Positions 1 through 10,463 of a DNA stretch of 64,000 bases are shown here, piece after piece. Positions within the stretch are counted from its first letter, which is position 1. Each line of letters begins with the position of its first letter. The notes below the pieces were generated by a model. It saw only the letters and a list, made by a program, of their open reading frames with translations, searched no databases and had not been told where the DNA came from. The DNA comes from Nitrosopumilus sp. (lineage in GTDB: Archaea; Thermoproteota; Nitrososphaeria; Nitrososphaerales; Nitrosopumilaceae). Location: contig OZ241857.1 of the NCBI GenBank assembly GCA_965203315.1, positions 1,376,001-1,440,000 of the forward strand, written 5' to 3'. The position numbers were made by a program, and so were the translations under genes.

Positions 1-335
1 TGTGGCAACAAGACATTCTCTAGTACTGTAAGATCTGCTAAAAGATTTGAGAACTGGAAGACAAATCCAAGCTTTTTACTTCTAAAATCTGATATCTGAT
101 TATCGTTTAACGTTGTAGTGTTTATTCCATCTATAAAGATCTCACCTCTAGTCGGATAATCCAATAGACCAATCATGTTGAGTAGTGTCGACTTGCCAGA
201 GCCAGAACTACCAACTATCAAGACAAACTCACCCTTTGGTATCGCAAACGATACACTATCCAATGCTTTGACCTTGTTCTCGCCTTGACCATAAATCTTG
301 GTCATATCTCTCACTTCGAGCACATTAGACAGCAC
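1..335 (-). CDS. ABC transporter ATP-binding subunit (LolD/MacB-like), runs off the window edge
   Basis: Manual translation: NVLEVRDMTKIYGQGENKVKALDSVSF...GSSGSGKSTLL (Walker A). Start codon uncertain; overlaps the permease stop. Confidence 0.85.
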   Translation of the reverse strand, partial: MLSNVLEVRDMTKIYGQGENKVKALDSVSFAIPKGEFVLIVGSSGSGKSTLLNMIGLLDYPTRGEIFIDGINTTTLNDNQISDFRSKKLGFVFQFSNLLADLTVLENVLLP

Positions 336-1509
336 GCATCGCCTCCACCGGCAACAATTTTGTAGCTCGATATGAAGGATATATTGACGCTATTATGGCC
401 AAACCAAACGAGGTTAGCGCAGTTTGAACGATCTTGTACCAATCATAACTTACCTCTAATGGAATGCTATTGTTGAATGACATCTTGGTCTCTTTTGCAT
501 AAAATGTATAACCTAGTCCAGCTGCGGTTCCCACTCCCGCACCTATTGCACCAATTATCATTCCCTGAAATATGAATATGATCAAAATATCTTTACGCTT
601 GGCACCTATTGCACGCATTACCCCAATCTCTCGCGTCTTACCATTTACCAACATCATCTGTATGGTGACTATTGCAAAGGCAGACGACATCATGCCAAAG
701 TACCCTATCATGTTTATCATCGCAATGCCTGAACGAAAACCCGCGAGCTGAGCCTCGGCAGACTCTTCTATCGTCTCTGCCACAAAGTCATCGTGTGGGA
801 ATGAGCGTAAAAAGAAATCTCTGACCTCAATCGCCTTATCTGGATCATTGAGTTTTACCATGAACGAGCCCGTCTCCCCATGACGATTCATCATGTCACG
901 TAGTGTATCGATATGAACTACTATCGAATAGTCCAACCCTTGACCGCCAGGCGATTTTGCAATACCGGTTACAGTAAATCGCCTACTCTGTTCTTGACCG
1001 TTTTTATCAATAACTGATACTTTGAGGCTATCGCCGACTCTCACATCACCTAGATCACGAGCTACATTAGATCCCAAAACTATCGAGTTTCGCGCGAATA
1101 CATACGAGCCTTCTTCAACCGTCTCATGAACGGTGGATGCTTTGACATCTCGGAATGGATCAACGCCTACTATGGGAATTCTACTATCCTCTATACGTTC
1201 ACCTTTCTTTATGAGATCTATCTCGGCAGTTCCTTCCAGCCGCGGAGTTGCCGCATATACCTCTGGAATCCGCTCAAACCATCTTACAATAGTCGTATCA
1301 GGCACTGTGATATAATGTGCTTCATCTGTAACATAAATATCTCCATTACGAAAGTCACTGATATCTCGAACTATTGCATCAAAGAGCCCTTGAAATATTA
1401 CAAAGTTTACATGAATTACCAAAATCCCTACCGTCACTGCAAGAACAGCTCCCATCAGACTGCCTTTTTTGTTAAAAAGCATCCTCTTTGCGAGTCGCAT
1501 CTTGTACAT
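325..1509 (-). CDS. ABC transporter permease (LolE/FtsX/MacB family)
   Basis: N-terminal TM, extracellular domain, KTREIGVMRAIGA motif, C-terminal TMs ending ASIYPSYRATKL. Confidence 0.9.
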   Translation of the reverse strand: MYKMRLAKRMLFNKKGSLMGAVLAVTVGILVIHVNFVIFQGLFDAIVRDISDFRNGDIYVTDEAHYITVPDTTIVRWFERIPEVYAATPRLEGTAEIDLIKKGERIEDSRIPIVGVDPFRDVKASTVHETVEEGSYVFARNSIVLGSNVARDLGDVRVGDSLKVSVIDKNGQEQSRRFTVTGIAKSPGGQGLDYSIVVHIDTLRDMMNRHGETGSFMVKLNDPDKAIEVRDFFLRSFPHDDFVAETIEESAEAQLAGFRSGIAMINMIGYFGMMSSAFAIVTIQMMLVNGKTREIGVMRAIGAKRKDILIIFIFQGMIIGAIGAGVGTAAGLGYTFYAKETKMSFNNSIPLEVSYDWYKIVQTALTSFGLAIIASIYPSYRATKLLPVEAMRAV

Positions 1510-1856
1510 GTCTTGTGTGGTGATGGGCTACTAATTAATGAATCTGATCTTGGTTTTGTATTAGCACTTGTAGATATCAAGTTGAACGTCACTACAGTCT
1601 AAATATTATGCGTTATAGATACAATCAAGATGTAATTCTATCAAAGCAAATGAGGTTTTGGTTATTTGAGTATAGTTGAGCATTATATCGTGGAGTAATA
1701 GAATCAATAGAATCTTGTTGTAAAACAACTACAATAATCGAGATCTGATTTATCGTCACAAATGTTGACAGACTCGTATCTCTAATCTACTGTACGAGTG
1801 TAATAACAACTGTATTGTGGCAACATTAATGTATGTAGTCAAATGACTTTGAAGAA

Positions 1857-2654
1857 ATGTCGATCAAAGTCGATGAGATGCCAGAGCAAGGTGAGATAGT
1901 TGTCGCAACCGTCTCCAAGGTCATGGATCATGGTGCATATGTAACACTAGACGAATACGATGACATACAAGGATTTCTACATATATCAGAGATCGCTCCA
2001 GGTTGGATTCGATCTATAAACAAGTTTGTCAAAAATGGCGAAAAGAAGGTTCTGCTAATAAAGAAGATAAATCAACAGAGAGGCGACATCGATTTATCGT
2101 TAAAACAGGTCACAAACGACCAAAGGAAACAGAAACTAAAGGAAGTGAAAAAGTTTGAAAAGGGAAAGACACTTTTGCAAAATCTAAAAGAGAATGCAAA
2201 TCTATCTGATCAAGAGATCGAGACACTCGAAGATAGTATATACTCCAAGTATGACTCTGTGTATGATGCCTTTATCGATATAGGTAGAAATGGAATTGGT
2301 GCTATAAAGAATCTAAACATCACAAAAAAGACTGCAGACGCAATAGTTGTAATCTGTTCCAAGATCAAACTCCCAGCAGTCGAGGTACGTGGAATAATGA
2401 ATATTACAAATCCGAGACCAGACGGAGTAGAGATTATTAAAAAGACACTTCTTGATGTAATAAAAAAGAACACCCCAGTAACCATCACATATCTGGGTGC
2501 CCCAAAATACAGACTGGCAATTACATCAGAGGACTTTAAATCGGCGGAACGAACACTCAAACCATTAATTGCTGATATCCAAAGTATGATAGAGAAGAAG
2601 AAAGGTACATTTGTATTTGTACGTGAAGAGTCCAAAAAGACTAGGGAGAGTTAG
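1857..2654 (+). CDS. eif2a: translation initiation factor aIF2 alpha
   Basis: S1 domain GFLHISEIAPGW, C-terminal YLGAPKYR, Nop10 follows. Confidence 0.95.
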   Translation: MSIKVDEMPEQGEIVVATVSKVMDHGAYVTLDEYDDIQGFLHISEIAPGWIRSINKFVKNGEKKVLLIKKINQQRGDIDLSLKQVTNDQRKQKLKEVKKFEKGKTLLQNLKENANLSDQEIETLEDSIYSKYDSVYDAFIDIGRNGIGAIKNLNITKKTADAIVVICSKIKLPAVEVRGIMNITNPRPDGVEIIKKTLLDVIKKNTPVTITYLGAPKYRLAITSEDFKSAERTLKPLIADIQSMIEKKKGTFVFVREESKKTRES

Positions 2655-2657
2655 AGC

Positions 2658-2828
2658 ATGAAGTTTCAACTGCGACGCTGCAGTACATGTTTCAGCTATA
2701 CACTAAAGCAAGAGTGTCCCAAATGTGGCAACGACACAATATCTGCACATCCTGCCAAATTCTCACCTGATGATAGATACATGCGGTATAGATTAGCAGA
2801 GAGATATACTCAGGATAGTGGTGTATAG
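2658..2828 (+). CDS. nop10: H/ACA RNP protein Nop10
   Basis: Manual translation MKFQLRRCSTCFSYTLKQECPKCG...AHPAKFSPDDRY; conserved position after aIF2 alpha. Confidence 0.93.
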   Translation: MKFQLRRCSTCFSYTLKQECPKCGNDTISAHPAKFSPDDRYMRYRLAERYTQDSGV

Positions 2829-4957
2829 TCTTTGTTTACCTCATAGATGAATACTCCCAACTTTGGACCAACACTTGGATCATGATAACTATTTGATGCA
2901 TATACTAGTCGTAGTGGACCATCTCCATCTGCAGGATATTTGATATCTCTCTGATATACTCCAAGATATCCGTCGATATACCTAGCTGACTGTTGTTGCA
3001 AGTTTTCTTGATTTATGTATCCGAGTAGCGAGTATGGAAACATCTGTCCTAGAATAGTATCATTCCAGAAACGTTCTGTCCCACTGTTAAAGTCGTTGTG
3101 AAGAAACTCTGATACTTCAAATCCACCTATTCTTGTAAACCAGATCCGTTTGGCCTCATCTCCGCCTCCATTTAGAACATAGAGCTCTTCATTTTCACTA
3201 CCGCCTATCTTGTTTGCAGCTACAAATATCAGTACATAATCAGCTTGAGTCTCGATTATACTTTGATACGCATCATCGGGCGGACTCATAAATATGCGTG
3301 CAACATTCTGAATCTTGATAGTACTAGATGTCCAATTGTCTAACAGTGTCGCACGTTCGCCCATAGTTTGAATCCAATATCCATAGTCCCACCATGACAT
3401 AAAGACTGCATCTTTTGGAGTATTGTTCTTGATCCATTCGAATGTATCGAGCCAGTCATGTGAGATGATTCCGGCACTTGCACCTCCGTTTAGAATGGAT
3501 GGTGGTGTTCTGCCCACATCGGCTGCAGTGAATCCTGTAGGATATACGAGTGGAATCATCAAGAGAAAGATCAAGACTCCGCTAAAGACAATCTTTGTAC
3601 GATTATCTATCCTAGATCGTCTATCTGGAGCCTTTTTGAAGAAGTGATGGATCAAGATAGCTATTCCTAACGACGATAACATGATTATTGTAATTGACGC
3701 AAACAACTCTAGACGGATAAACGCCGAGCTGACATGTGCTCCAACTATACCAAAGATCAGCATAAAGATCAACATGTCGTCACGAATAAACTTGTCTCTA
3801 CTCTTGATTATTATCCATATGCCGATTCCTCCAAATATCAATAGTACAGAATTGAATATGTAAGACTGTTCTAGAGTCTTTGAGGTATGTTCAGATACAG
3901 AATCTGATAACGGATCAATGTTTACTAGGAATGGATTCAATGCATGCATATATCTATAGTTGGGTGTTGGGAACAAATCCGTCTCGATTCCAACTGCAAG
4001 AGCAGATGAACCGACAATGACAAACGCTGCTAGAAAGATTAGACCATTTCGACGCTTATTTGTACTAGTCTTACTTTGTACAAATATACACGATATTAGA
4101 AATATAGTAGTCGCAATCAAGACCAAGACCGCGGTAGGAGTGGTAAATATTCCCCTCTCGAATACAAATGATGTGATCAGAGCTGAAACAGTATAAACTG
4201 GAACGGCCCATAACAAAAATCGATGATCAGTTCTCACAAATGGTAACGCAATAAAGAAGAGACTAGTTGGAAGTATAAAGAATATACTGCCACCCCAAGC
4301 CGATATCGCAAATGCAGTAAAGACTCCTCCTGCAGCCAATTTTGCAAATGCAACCCTTCTGTTTGATGAGGTAATTCCACTCAACAGTAGATACGTACAC
4401 AATAGACCAAAGAATAGCCCCATCGGCTCAGATTTGTACCAACCTAACGAACTTCGAACTAGAACTGGTATGGACACTGCAAATAGCATCGATGCTATCA
4501 GACCAGCTGTCGTCCCACCTATCACTCGTACTAGAGCAAAGACCACTATGCTACTTAGTGAGATAAATACTACTGGAAAGAATACGATAAACTCGTATAG
4601 AGACGAACCGCCTCCAAATATAGAATACGTTAACGCAGCAGTAATGTGGGTTATGATCTGAGATGTTGCAGAGATGTTACGCCCATCAGGATACCAACTT
4701 AGTTCGTCATGCCATGTATAGTATGCATCGAGTCCGTTATTCACTAGATACTCGGTTGCTCGAAAGTTAAAGAAGGGGTCAAACTCGTTTAGATGCAGTC
4801 CAAACTGTTCTGCATACTGTACGGGCTGTACACGTATGAGAAATGCCATAGAGAATGACAGTGCCAATACGCCTATAATCAATAGGTGATGTAGTTTAAA
4901 CTCAAAGTTGCCAACGGTTACGAGTTTAGTGTTTGATAACATTTGATCTCTCATCAA
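2810..4957 (-). CDS. aglB: oligosaccharyltransferase AglB (STT3)
   Basis: EFDPFFNFR, SVSEH and WWDYG motifs; many TM segments. Confidence 0.93.
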   Translation of the reverse strand: MMRDQMLSNTKLVTVGNFEFKLHHLLIIGVLALSFSMAFLIRVQPVQYAEQFGLHLNEFDPFFNFRATEYLVNNGLDAYYTWHDELSWYPDGRNISATSQIITHITAALTYSIFGGGSSLYEFIVFFPVVFISLSSIVVFALVRVIGGTTAGLIASMLFAVSIPVLVRSSLGWYKSEPMGLFFGLLCTYLLLSGITSSNRRVAFAKLAAGGVFTAFAISAWGGSIFFILPTSLFFIALPFVRTDHRFLLWAVPVYTVSALITSFVFERGIFTTPTAVLVLIATTIFLISCIFVQSKTSTNKRRNGLIFLAAFVIVGSSALAVGIETDLFPTPNYRYMHALNPFLVNIDPLSDSVSEHTSKTLEQSYIFNSVLLIFGGIGIWIIIKSRDKFIRDDMLIFMLIFGIVGAHVSSAFIRLELFASITIIMLSSLGIAILIHHFFKKAPDRRSRIDNRTKIVFSGVLIFLLMIPLVYPTGFTAADVGRTPPSILNGGASAGIISHDWLDTFEWIKNNTPKDAVFMSWWDYGYWIQTMGERATLLDNWTSSTIKIQNVARIFMSPPDDAYQSIIETQADYVLIFVAANKIGGSENEELYVLNGGGDEAKRIWFTRIGGFEVSEFLHNDFNSGTERFWNDTILGQMFPYSLLGYINQENLQQQSARYIDGYLGVYQRDIKYPADGDGPLRLVYASNSYHDPSVGPKLGVFIYEVNKDYTPLS

Positions 4958-5070
4958 AGATACTATTCTTATTACTCTTTTGATAGAGTATCAAGTTGTT
5001 ATAATAAACTAGTGTCTCTGATCATATCTTGATATCGTGCCTATGTAATACGGACTCGATTCGTACCTCT

Positions 5071-5532
5071 TCATGGGGCATATCTGCCTGTTATCGTACC
5101 ACTATCTATGATATGATCTTTGATCATCGACTCGAGTTCAGGCTTTGTGATACCTTGTTTGGCATCTAGTTTACGATCTAGGGCATATATCTTAAAGATG
5201 TATGTGTGTTCTTTGTCAGGAGGTGCAGGTCCGCCATATCCGATCTCATCAAAGTCGGTCTTACCTTCAATGGATCCACTTGGTATCTTGCCTTCCTCAA
5301 ACTGTGAGCCTGGTGTAATATTGTATACTAGCCAATGAACCCAGACCTTTCCTACTGCAGCCATAGCATCTGGATCATCAACCACTAGTGCTAGTGACAC
5401 TGTGCCTTGCGGTATATTGCTGATGTGTAGTGGCGGGCTTGTGTTTTCATGTTTGTATCCAAATCTTTTAGGAATGGTCTCACCATCCGCAAACGCCGCA
5501 CTCTCAAGTGATATACCCATTGTTATACACAC
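5071..5532 (-). CDS. YbhB/YbcL (PEBP) family protein
   Basis: DDPDA, WVHW and GYGGPAPP..H.Y motifs. Confidence 0.9.
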   Translation of the reverse strand: MCITMGISLESAAFADGETIPKRFGYKHENTSPPLHISNIPQGTVSLALVVDDPDAMAAVGKVWVHWLVYNITPGSQFEEGKIPSGSIEGKTDFDEIGYGGPAPPDKEHTYIFKIYALDRKLDAKQGITKPELESMIKDHIIDSGTITGRYAP

Positions 5533-5545
5533 AATATACTACAAG

Positions 5546-5926
5546 TTAAATTTTTCTTAGAGGTTCTAGTACTATACGATCATTTGCAAAAGATAGTATT
5601 GCTGATCCACGCAGCTTTATTCGTGATTTAAGCTCTCTATCTATAGTTGCAACGATTCCGCCATGTTTGGAGACATGATCCAAGATTGCTTGATCTGCAA
5701 AACTTCCACGCAGATGTATTCTCTTGAACTTTCTGATGTAACGTATGGTCTGTTCAACATCTGCTTGCTTGACGGGATCATCCTTTAGAGAGTCCAACTC
5801 TTTATCTACAATATTTGGTACTAGAAACGATATAGAACCAATATCGGTATCTATACTATCAATATTTTTGATTCGTTTTGTTGCTAGATGAATCAAGAAA
5901 CTCGTATCGCAGATTACATCAACCAA
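5546..5926 (-). CDS. PIN-domain protein (Fcf1/Utp24-like)
   Basis: DTSFL...ADQAIL...VATIDREL; downstream of aIF2 gamma as usual in archaea. Confidence 0.85.
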   Translation of the reverse strand: MVDVICDTSFLIHLATKRIKNIDSIDTDIGSISFLVPNIVDKELDSLKDDPVKQADVEQTIRYIRKFKRIHLRGSFADQAILDHVSKHGGIVATIDRELKSRIKLRGSAILSFANDRIVLEPLRKI

Positions 5927-5931
5927 CTAGA

Positions 5932-7194
5932 TCAACCAATTACTCCGGCACCAATAAGTCGCCAACGATCAGATATTCTTCTACTCAATGCAACATTTCC
6001 TCCCTTGAATATACATACAGGTCGACGAAGTTCCAACTCTATATGCTCTGCATTCACTTTGACAACTTTGCCTAACAATGGGGCTGTTCCAATGTTAAGT
6101 CGAAGTAGTTCGCCTAGACGTATTGGTTGAATCTTGACGTCTTCGGTAGTACCTACAGCCGAATCAAACAGACTTGTCTCTAGTTTGAGATCTGTAGATA
6201 TGTCAGGAAGTGTGCCTGGTTTACCAACAACAGAGCCAATAAAAGAGTCGCTACGAGTCATCGAAGGATCTAGTTTTGTACCTATCGCAACTAGACCTCC
6301 TGGCTTTACTGAATCTACTATTCCAGCTGGAGTTCCTAATGAGACGATCTCTGTTTGAAGTGTTTCGTATCGCTTCTTCTTCTCGTTTAATACCCCTGGC
6401 TTTATCTCGATCTCGTCGCCAACGTTGAATGTTCCTTGTGTGAGACTACCACCTATGACCCCTCCCTTTATCTTTTTGATACTTGTTCCAGGTTTGTTGA
6501 CATCAAAGGAACGTAGTACATGCATTATCGGTTCTTTAGTGTCGTCTCTGATAGGTGTCTGTATGGTCTCTTCGATGGCACCGATCAATGCATCTATGTT
6601 TAACTGAGACTGTGCTGAGATTGGAATGATCTGCGAATCTACAGCAATCGTATCTTTTGTAAATTTTGTAATATCTTGATAGTTTGACATTGCTTCTTCG
6701 TACGTTAGTAGATCAACCTTATTCTGTACAATGACTATCTGTTTTATGCCCAACGTTTGTAGCGCTAAAAGATGCTCTTTGGTTTGTGGTTTTGGAACTC
6801 GCTCGTTTGCAGCAACTAGTAGTAATGCACCGTCCATCAATGCCGAACCAGACAACATATTGGCCATCAGACTCTCATGTCCTGGACTATCCACAAAACT
6901 TACAACCCTACTTAACTCACTAGTCTTTCCACAGCTAGTACATTTAGGTGTCGTCGAATAGCAAGACGGTTCTTTACACTCTTTACATTTGTAGAATGCG
7001 GCATCCGAGTAACCTACTCTGATTGTAATTCCTCGTTTCAACTCTTGACTATGTACACTAGTCCATTCGCCGGTTAGTGTTTGGATTAATGTTGTTTTGC
7101 CATGATCTACATGACCGACGGTTCCAATATTTACACATGGTTGATAACCGTATCTCTCTATATACCAGTCAGGAAGTGTGTCTCGCCAATGCAT
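5932..7194 (-). CDS. eif2g: translation initiation factor aIF2 gamma
   Basis: GHVDHGKTT, RGITI, DSPGH, NKVD, Zn knuckle, WRLIG. Confidence 0.96.
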   Translation of the reverse strand: MHWRDTLPDWYIERYGYQPCVNIGTVGHVDHGKTTLIQTLTGEWTSVHSQELKRGITIRVGYSDAAFYKCKECKEPSCYSTTPKCTSCGKTSELSRVVSFVDSPGHESLMANMLSGSALMDGALLLVAANERVPKPQTKEHLLALQTLGIKQIVIVQNKVDLLTYEEAMSNYQDITKFTKDTIAVDSQIIPISAQSQLNIDALIGAIEETIQTPIRDDTKEPIMHVLRSFDVNKPGTSIKKIKGGVIGGSLTQGTFNVGDEIEIKPGVLNEKKKRYETLQTEIVSLGTPAGIVDSVKPGGLVAIGTKLDPSMTRSDSFIGSVVGKPGTLPDISTDLKLETSLFDSAVGTTEDVKIQPIRLGELLRLNIGTAPLLGKVVKVNAEHIELELRRPVCIFKGGNVALSRRISDRWRLIGAGVIG

Positions 7195-7228
7195 ATAGAG
7201 TCAAAAGGAAGAACTACTATATGTTAAG

Positions 7229-7612
7229 TTATTCATTCTTTGTCTCGGTTTTTTTCGATTCGTCAACTGGCAATTCACCATCAAATCTACAATTGATCTG
7301 ATAAATCTCTTCAGATACCGATTTTCCTCGCATCAGTTTTCGTACACGTTGTCCTGTCTCTGCTTTCTGTAATCCGACTCCCTTTGTCAACAAGACATAC
7401 TTGCGTGAAGAGCCATGAATATCACTCCGCATAGGGACTCCTGACTTGTCACTACCTCCGGTCAGTTTGAGCTTGCCTGAAAGCCCTACTATTGTAGCAT
7501 CGGTTTCGTTGCCCAACTCTAGTCCAATCAACGGATTTGCATCACTGTCTTTGAGTTCCTTTGTGATCGATCTACCCTTGATATCAGAGATGGTCAGCTT
7601 AAAGTTTGCCAA
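7229..7612 (-). CDS. rps6e: 30S ribosomal protein S6e
   Basis: LTGGSDKSGVPMR...RKLMRG motif; upstream of eif2g. Confidence 0.93.
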   Translation of the reverse strand: MANFKLTISDIKGRSITKELKDSDANPLIGLELGNETDATIVGLSGKLKLTGGSDKSGVPMRSDIHGSSRKYVLLTKGVGLQKAETGQRVRKLMRGKSVSEEIYQINCRFDGELPVDESKKTETKNE

Positions 7613-7697
7613 GTATTTGAGAGACGTATGTAAACAACTAATTAACCTTTGGAACTTTGCAGACGAGTTTTAATAATGTTACATCTTTACAAATATT

Positions 7698-7820
7698 GTG
7701 GGCTCAGAGATTACATGTCCAATATGTGGTGAAACGATGATAGACATTCAAACATGTCACATGCTCTGCCCCAACTGCGGTGGTCATCTAGACTGCTCAG
7801 ACAAGGGTAACTATTGGTGA
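7698..7820 (+). CDS. small CxxC zinc-finger protein (40 aa)
   Basis: Manual translation (GTG start) MGSEITCPICGETMIDIQTCHMLCPNCGGHLDCSDKGNYW. Confidence 0.75.
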   Translation: MGSEITCPICGETMIDIQTCHMLCPNCGGHLDCSDKGNYW

Positions 7821-7994
7821 TCATAGTCCTGGTCGATCTGGAATATAGTCTGTTGCCATGTTTATTGCATTCTCTTTCATGATCTCAATATATGTATCAT
7901 AGTCAGCTTCAAAGTTGCAATGTGGACACTTTACCTTGGTTATCTCGTCGTCTAGAACTGCAACCCGTTCACATTCGGGACACTTTGCATCCAT
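7821..7994 (-). CDS. small zinc-ribbon protein (57 aa)
   Basis: Manual translation MDAKCPECERVAVLDDEITKVKCPHCNFEADYDTY... Confidence 0.75.
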   Translation of the reverse strand: MDAKCPECERVAVLDDEITKVKCPHCNFEADYDTYIEIMKENAINMATDYIPDRPGL

Positions 7995-8176
7995 GATGTA
8001 TCTTGTATGCTGTGATATTTAACGATTGTATCTTCACTGTAATGTCTCTAGTAATACAAGTTATCATTCACACTGGAGGTGTTTGATGTGGTGCATGACC
8101 TGTATATCTAGGCAGATTGAATCAAGATGATATAGTTAGAATTAAAAGATCGTCAACGTTCATTTAGCTCTTAGAG

Positions 8177-9295
8177 ATGGCTATGCAAGATATTACATTA
8201 CCTAAAGTTGAGACAAGGAAAGAGTTTATGGATTTTTTAACAGATTCTATCAATCCTCCAAAATATGATGACGATTCATCTAAAGTAGGCGAGTCAAGAG
8301 AGTTAAAGACGTACATATTGGAATCAGATGGAGGTTTCTTGTCTTTGGAGACAGACGAACTCAAATGTTCTGTTATCGATACACAAGTACAAGATATTAA
8401 AATACTCAATGTTGTTGAACAAAAACATGATTCAGGTAATGTAGAATTTTATTTAGAAACCAATGATGATCGATTCTTTTTACTTCATACTAGTGCAAAA
8501 TCAGAATTTACATCGAGAATTATTGATAATCTAGTACAAGATTTAAAACACACTTTTGATCATACATGGTTTTATTCAAATATGTTGAAGGATTTGGCAA
8601 AACAAACCGGAAATCATTTTAAAGGATTTAGTGTAAACTATTCAAATGAATATCTTGGACCAAGTGAGGACCTTGATGATATAGAAGATCTCAATCTTTC
8701 AATAAATGGTTCATCCGCAAAAAAACTAGAAGAGATCATTACAAACGATGAGTCATATGCATCAAAGATTGCGTTTAGTAAAATACGAATAGCTAGAGGA
8801 GATACTAAATCTATTAATGATTCAGTTTTTGACGATATCACTAACACCGGTTATTTTTCGATAAAAAAAGGAAAATCTGTCCAAGATCATTTGCAATTAG
8901 TAGATATAGCTAAAGACAGATACTTTGAAACGCTCTCATGTGTTGAAGATCAACGAATAGGGTTCAAAGAGATTGAGGGAAGGACTCTTTTTGAAGGAAA
9001 ATCTTTTGATTTTGAGTTTCCTAAACCCATTGAAAATCTTTCCTTATTTTTAAAAAATTTATTCAATTCTGCATATCCATTCAAATTATGGGGTATGAAG
9101 ACAAAGATTCAGGATGATTATTTCAAAATTATGGCAATTGATCTGCATACAGGCAACCCAATAGATTTTGAAATTTCCAGCGAAATGATGAGAGCTTATC
9201 TATTTAAAGGTAATTGCGGTAACACTATTTTGAGATTATTCACAAATTTACAAATGTACTATGATTCAAACATACGCTGTGCCCAATTAGAATAA
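8177..9295 (+). CDS. hypothetical acidic protein (372 aa), first gene of the AT-rich islet
   Basis: Long intact ORF, foreign-looking composition, no recognised motif. Confidence 0.75.
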   Translation: MAMQDITLPKVETRKEFMDFLTDSINPPKYDDDSSKVGESRELKTYILESDGGFLSLETDELKCSVIDTQVQDIKILNVVEQKHDSGNVEFYLETNDDRFFLLHTSAKSEFTSRIIDNLVQDLKHTFDHTWFYSNMLKDLAKQTGNHFKGFSVNYSNEYLGPSEDLDDIEDLNLSINGSSAKKLEEIITNDESYASKIAFSKIRIARGDTKSINDSVFDDITNTGYFSIKKGKSVQDHLQLVDIAKDRYFETLSCVEDQRIGFKEIEGRTLFEGKSFDFEFPKPIENLSLFLKNLFNSAYPFKLWGMKTKIQDDYFKIMAIDLHTGNPIDFEISSEMMRAYLFKGNCGNTILRLFTNLQMYYDSNIRCAQLE

Positions 9296-9312
9296 CTTGA
9301 TTACTAATGAAC

Positions 9313-9428
9313 AAATTTTTTCGGTTTATGTGGAATAACATTTTACAAGGATGTTCTCGTCACATTTTCCCTATAGTCACATAGTACTTTTTCTATAAAA
9401 TTCTATCCCACCTAAATCGAATAGATCA
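9313..9428. mobile_element. degenerate ~115-bp MITE (family M1, GGATC-ended)
   Basis: Aligns by eye with 25708-25822 and with the reverse complement of 47891-48007. Confidence 0.55.
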
Positions 9429-9556
9429 TGCTTGTAAACAAAGTATCTGCGCCTGCATTACGCATGATCTCAACATACACGTTACCATCTCGATCTCATA
9501 TCCATTCATTATCAAAAAGGTATGAATTTCTAATCATTTATCATAGTTTAAAGTTT

Positions 9557-10463
9557 GGCGATTGCTCATTTCGAGCCCCTAACTAAATATGACTAAATTT
9601 AGACGCAAGTCTTGATGGATTTGATATCTCTTCTTGAGATGAGAAATGATGGGTATGCAATAATGAAATATTTGGAATCTCATAGTTCAGACAAGATCGT
9701 TTGTAAATTTTGTCAGTGCGATCAATACCATTACATGAAAAACAGAGATCGGTTACGTTGTAAATTATGCAAAAAAGATTTCAGACCGTTTAACAAATCC
9801 AGATTTTCGTCACTCAAAATCTCATATTCAAAATGGCTGGTACTTGTCAAATTGTTTGAACTAGCTGTATCTGCAAGAGTTGCTGCAAAACAAGCAAGAT
9901 TGTCTTACAATACGACACTCAAATCTTTTGATATTTTCAGGAGCGTGATTCTAATGCAACTAAATGACGAATATCGAACATTAAAGGGCAAAATCGAAGC
10001 AGATGAGTCGTATTTTGGGGGTAAACGTAAAGGAAAACGAGGCCGCGGCGCCGGAAATAAGACTATCGTTTTTGGCATATTGCAGAGAGGTGGCAAGGTA
10101 CGTGTTGACATTGTACCAGACGTCACAGCTAAAACTCTGCTTGAATCAACGATCAAGAAAGTAAAGAAGGGCAGCATGATATACACGGACAAGTGGAAAG
10201 GGTATGACACCTTGATCTTTCATGGATATGATCGAGAATCAGTTAATCATCAAAAGATCTTCGCAAAAGGCGATGTTCACATCAATGGAATGGAAGGGTT
10301 CTGGGGCTTTGCTAAATTGAACTTGGCAAAGTATCGAGGTGTGAGTTCAAAGAAATTCTTACTGTATCTCAAGGAGATGGAGTGGCGATACAATAACCGA
10401 GAATGCGATCTGTTTGATTTATTGGTACAATACATGCTTAGGGGCTCGAAATGAGCAATCGCC
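9557..10463 (+). mobile_element. IS1595-family insertion sequence
   Basis: Perfect 26-bp TIR GGCGATTGCTCATTTCGAGCCCCTAA (9557-9582 / 10438-10463); flanking direct repeat AAAGTTT (9550-9556 / 10464-10470). Confidence 0.92.
9612..10454 (+). CDS. IS1595-family transposase
   Basis: Zn ribbon, EADESYFGG, YTDKWKGY, VNH, HINGMEGFW, YLKEMEWRYN. Confidence 0.93.
   Translation: MMDLISLLEMRNDGYAIMKYLESHSSDKIVCKFCQCDQYHYMKNRDRLRCKLCKKDFRPFNKSRFSSLKISYSKWLVLVKLFELAVSARVAAKQARLSYNTTLKSFDIFRSVILMQLNDEYRTLKGKIEADESYFGGKRKGKRGRGAGNKTIVFGILQRGGKVRVDIVPDVTAKTLLESTIKKVKKGSMIYTDKWKGYDTLIFHGYDRESVNHQKIFAKGDVHINGMEGFWGFAKLNLAKYRGVSSKKFLLYLKEMEWRYNNRECDLFDLLVQYMLRGSK

Noticed and set aside
10277-10463. C-terminal tail of ORF 10277-10795
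   Set aside because: Out-of-frame read-through into the IS1595.
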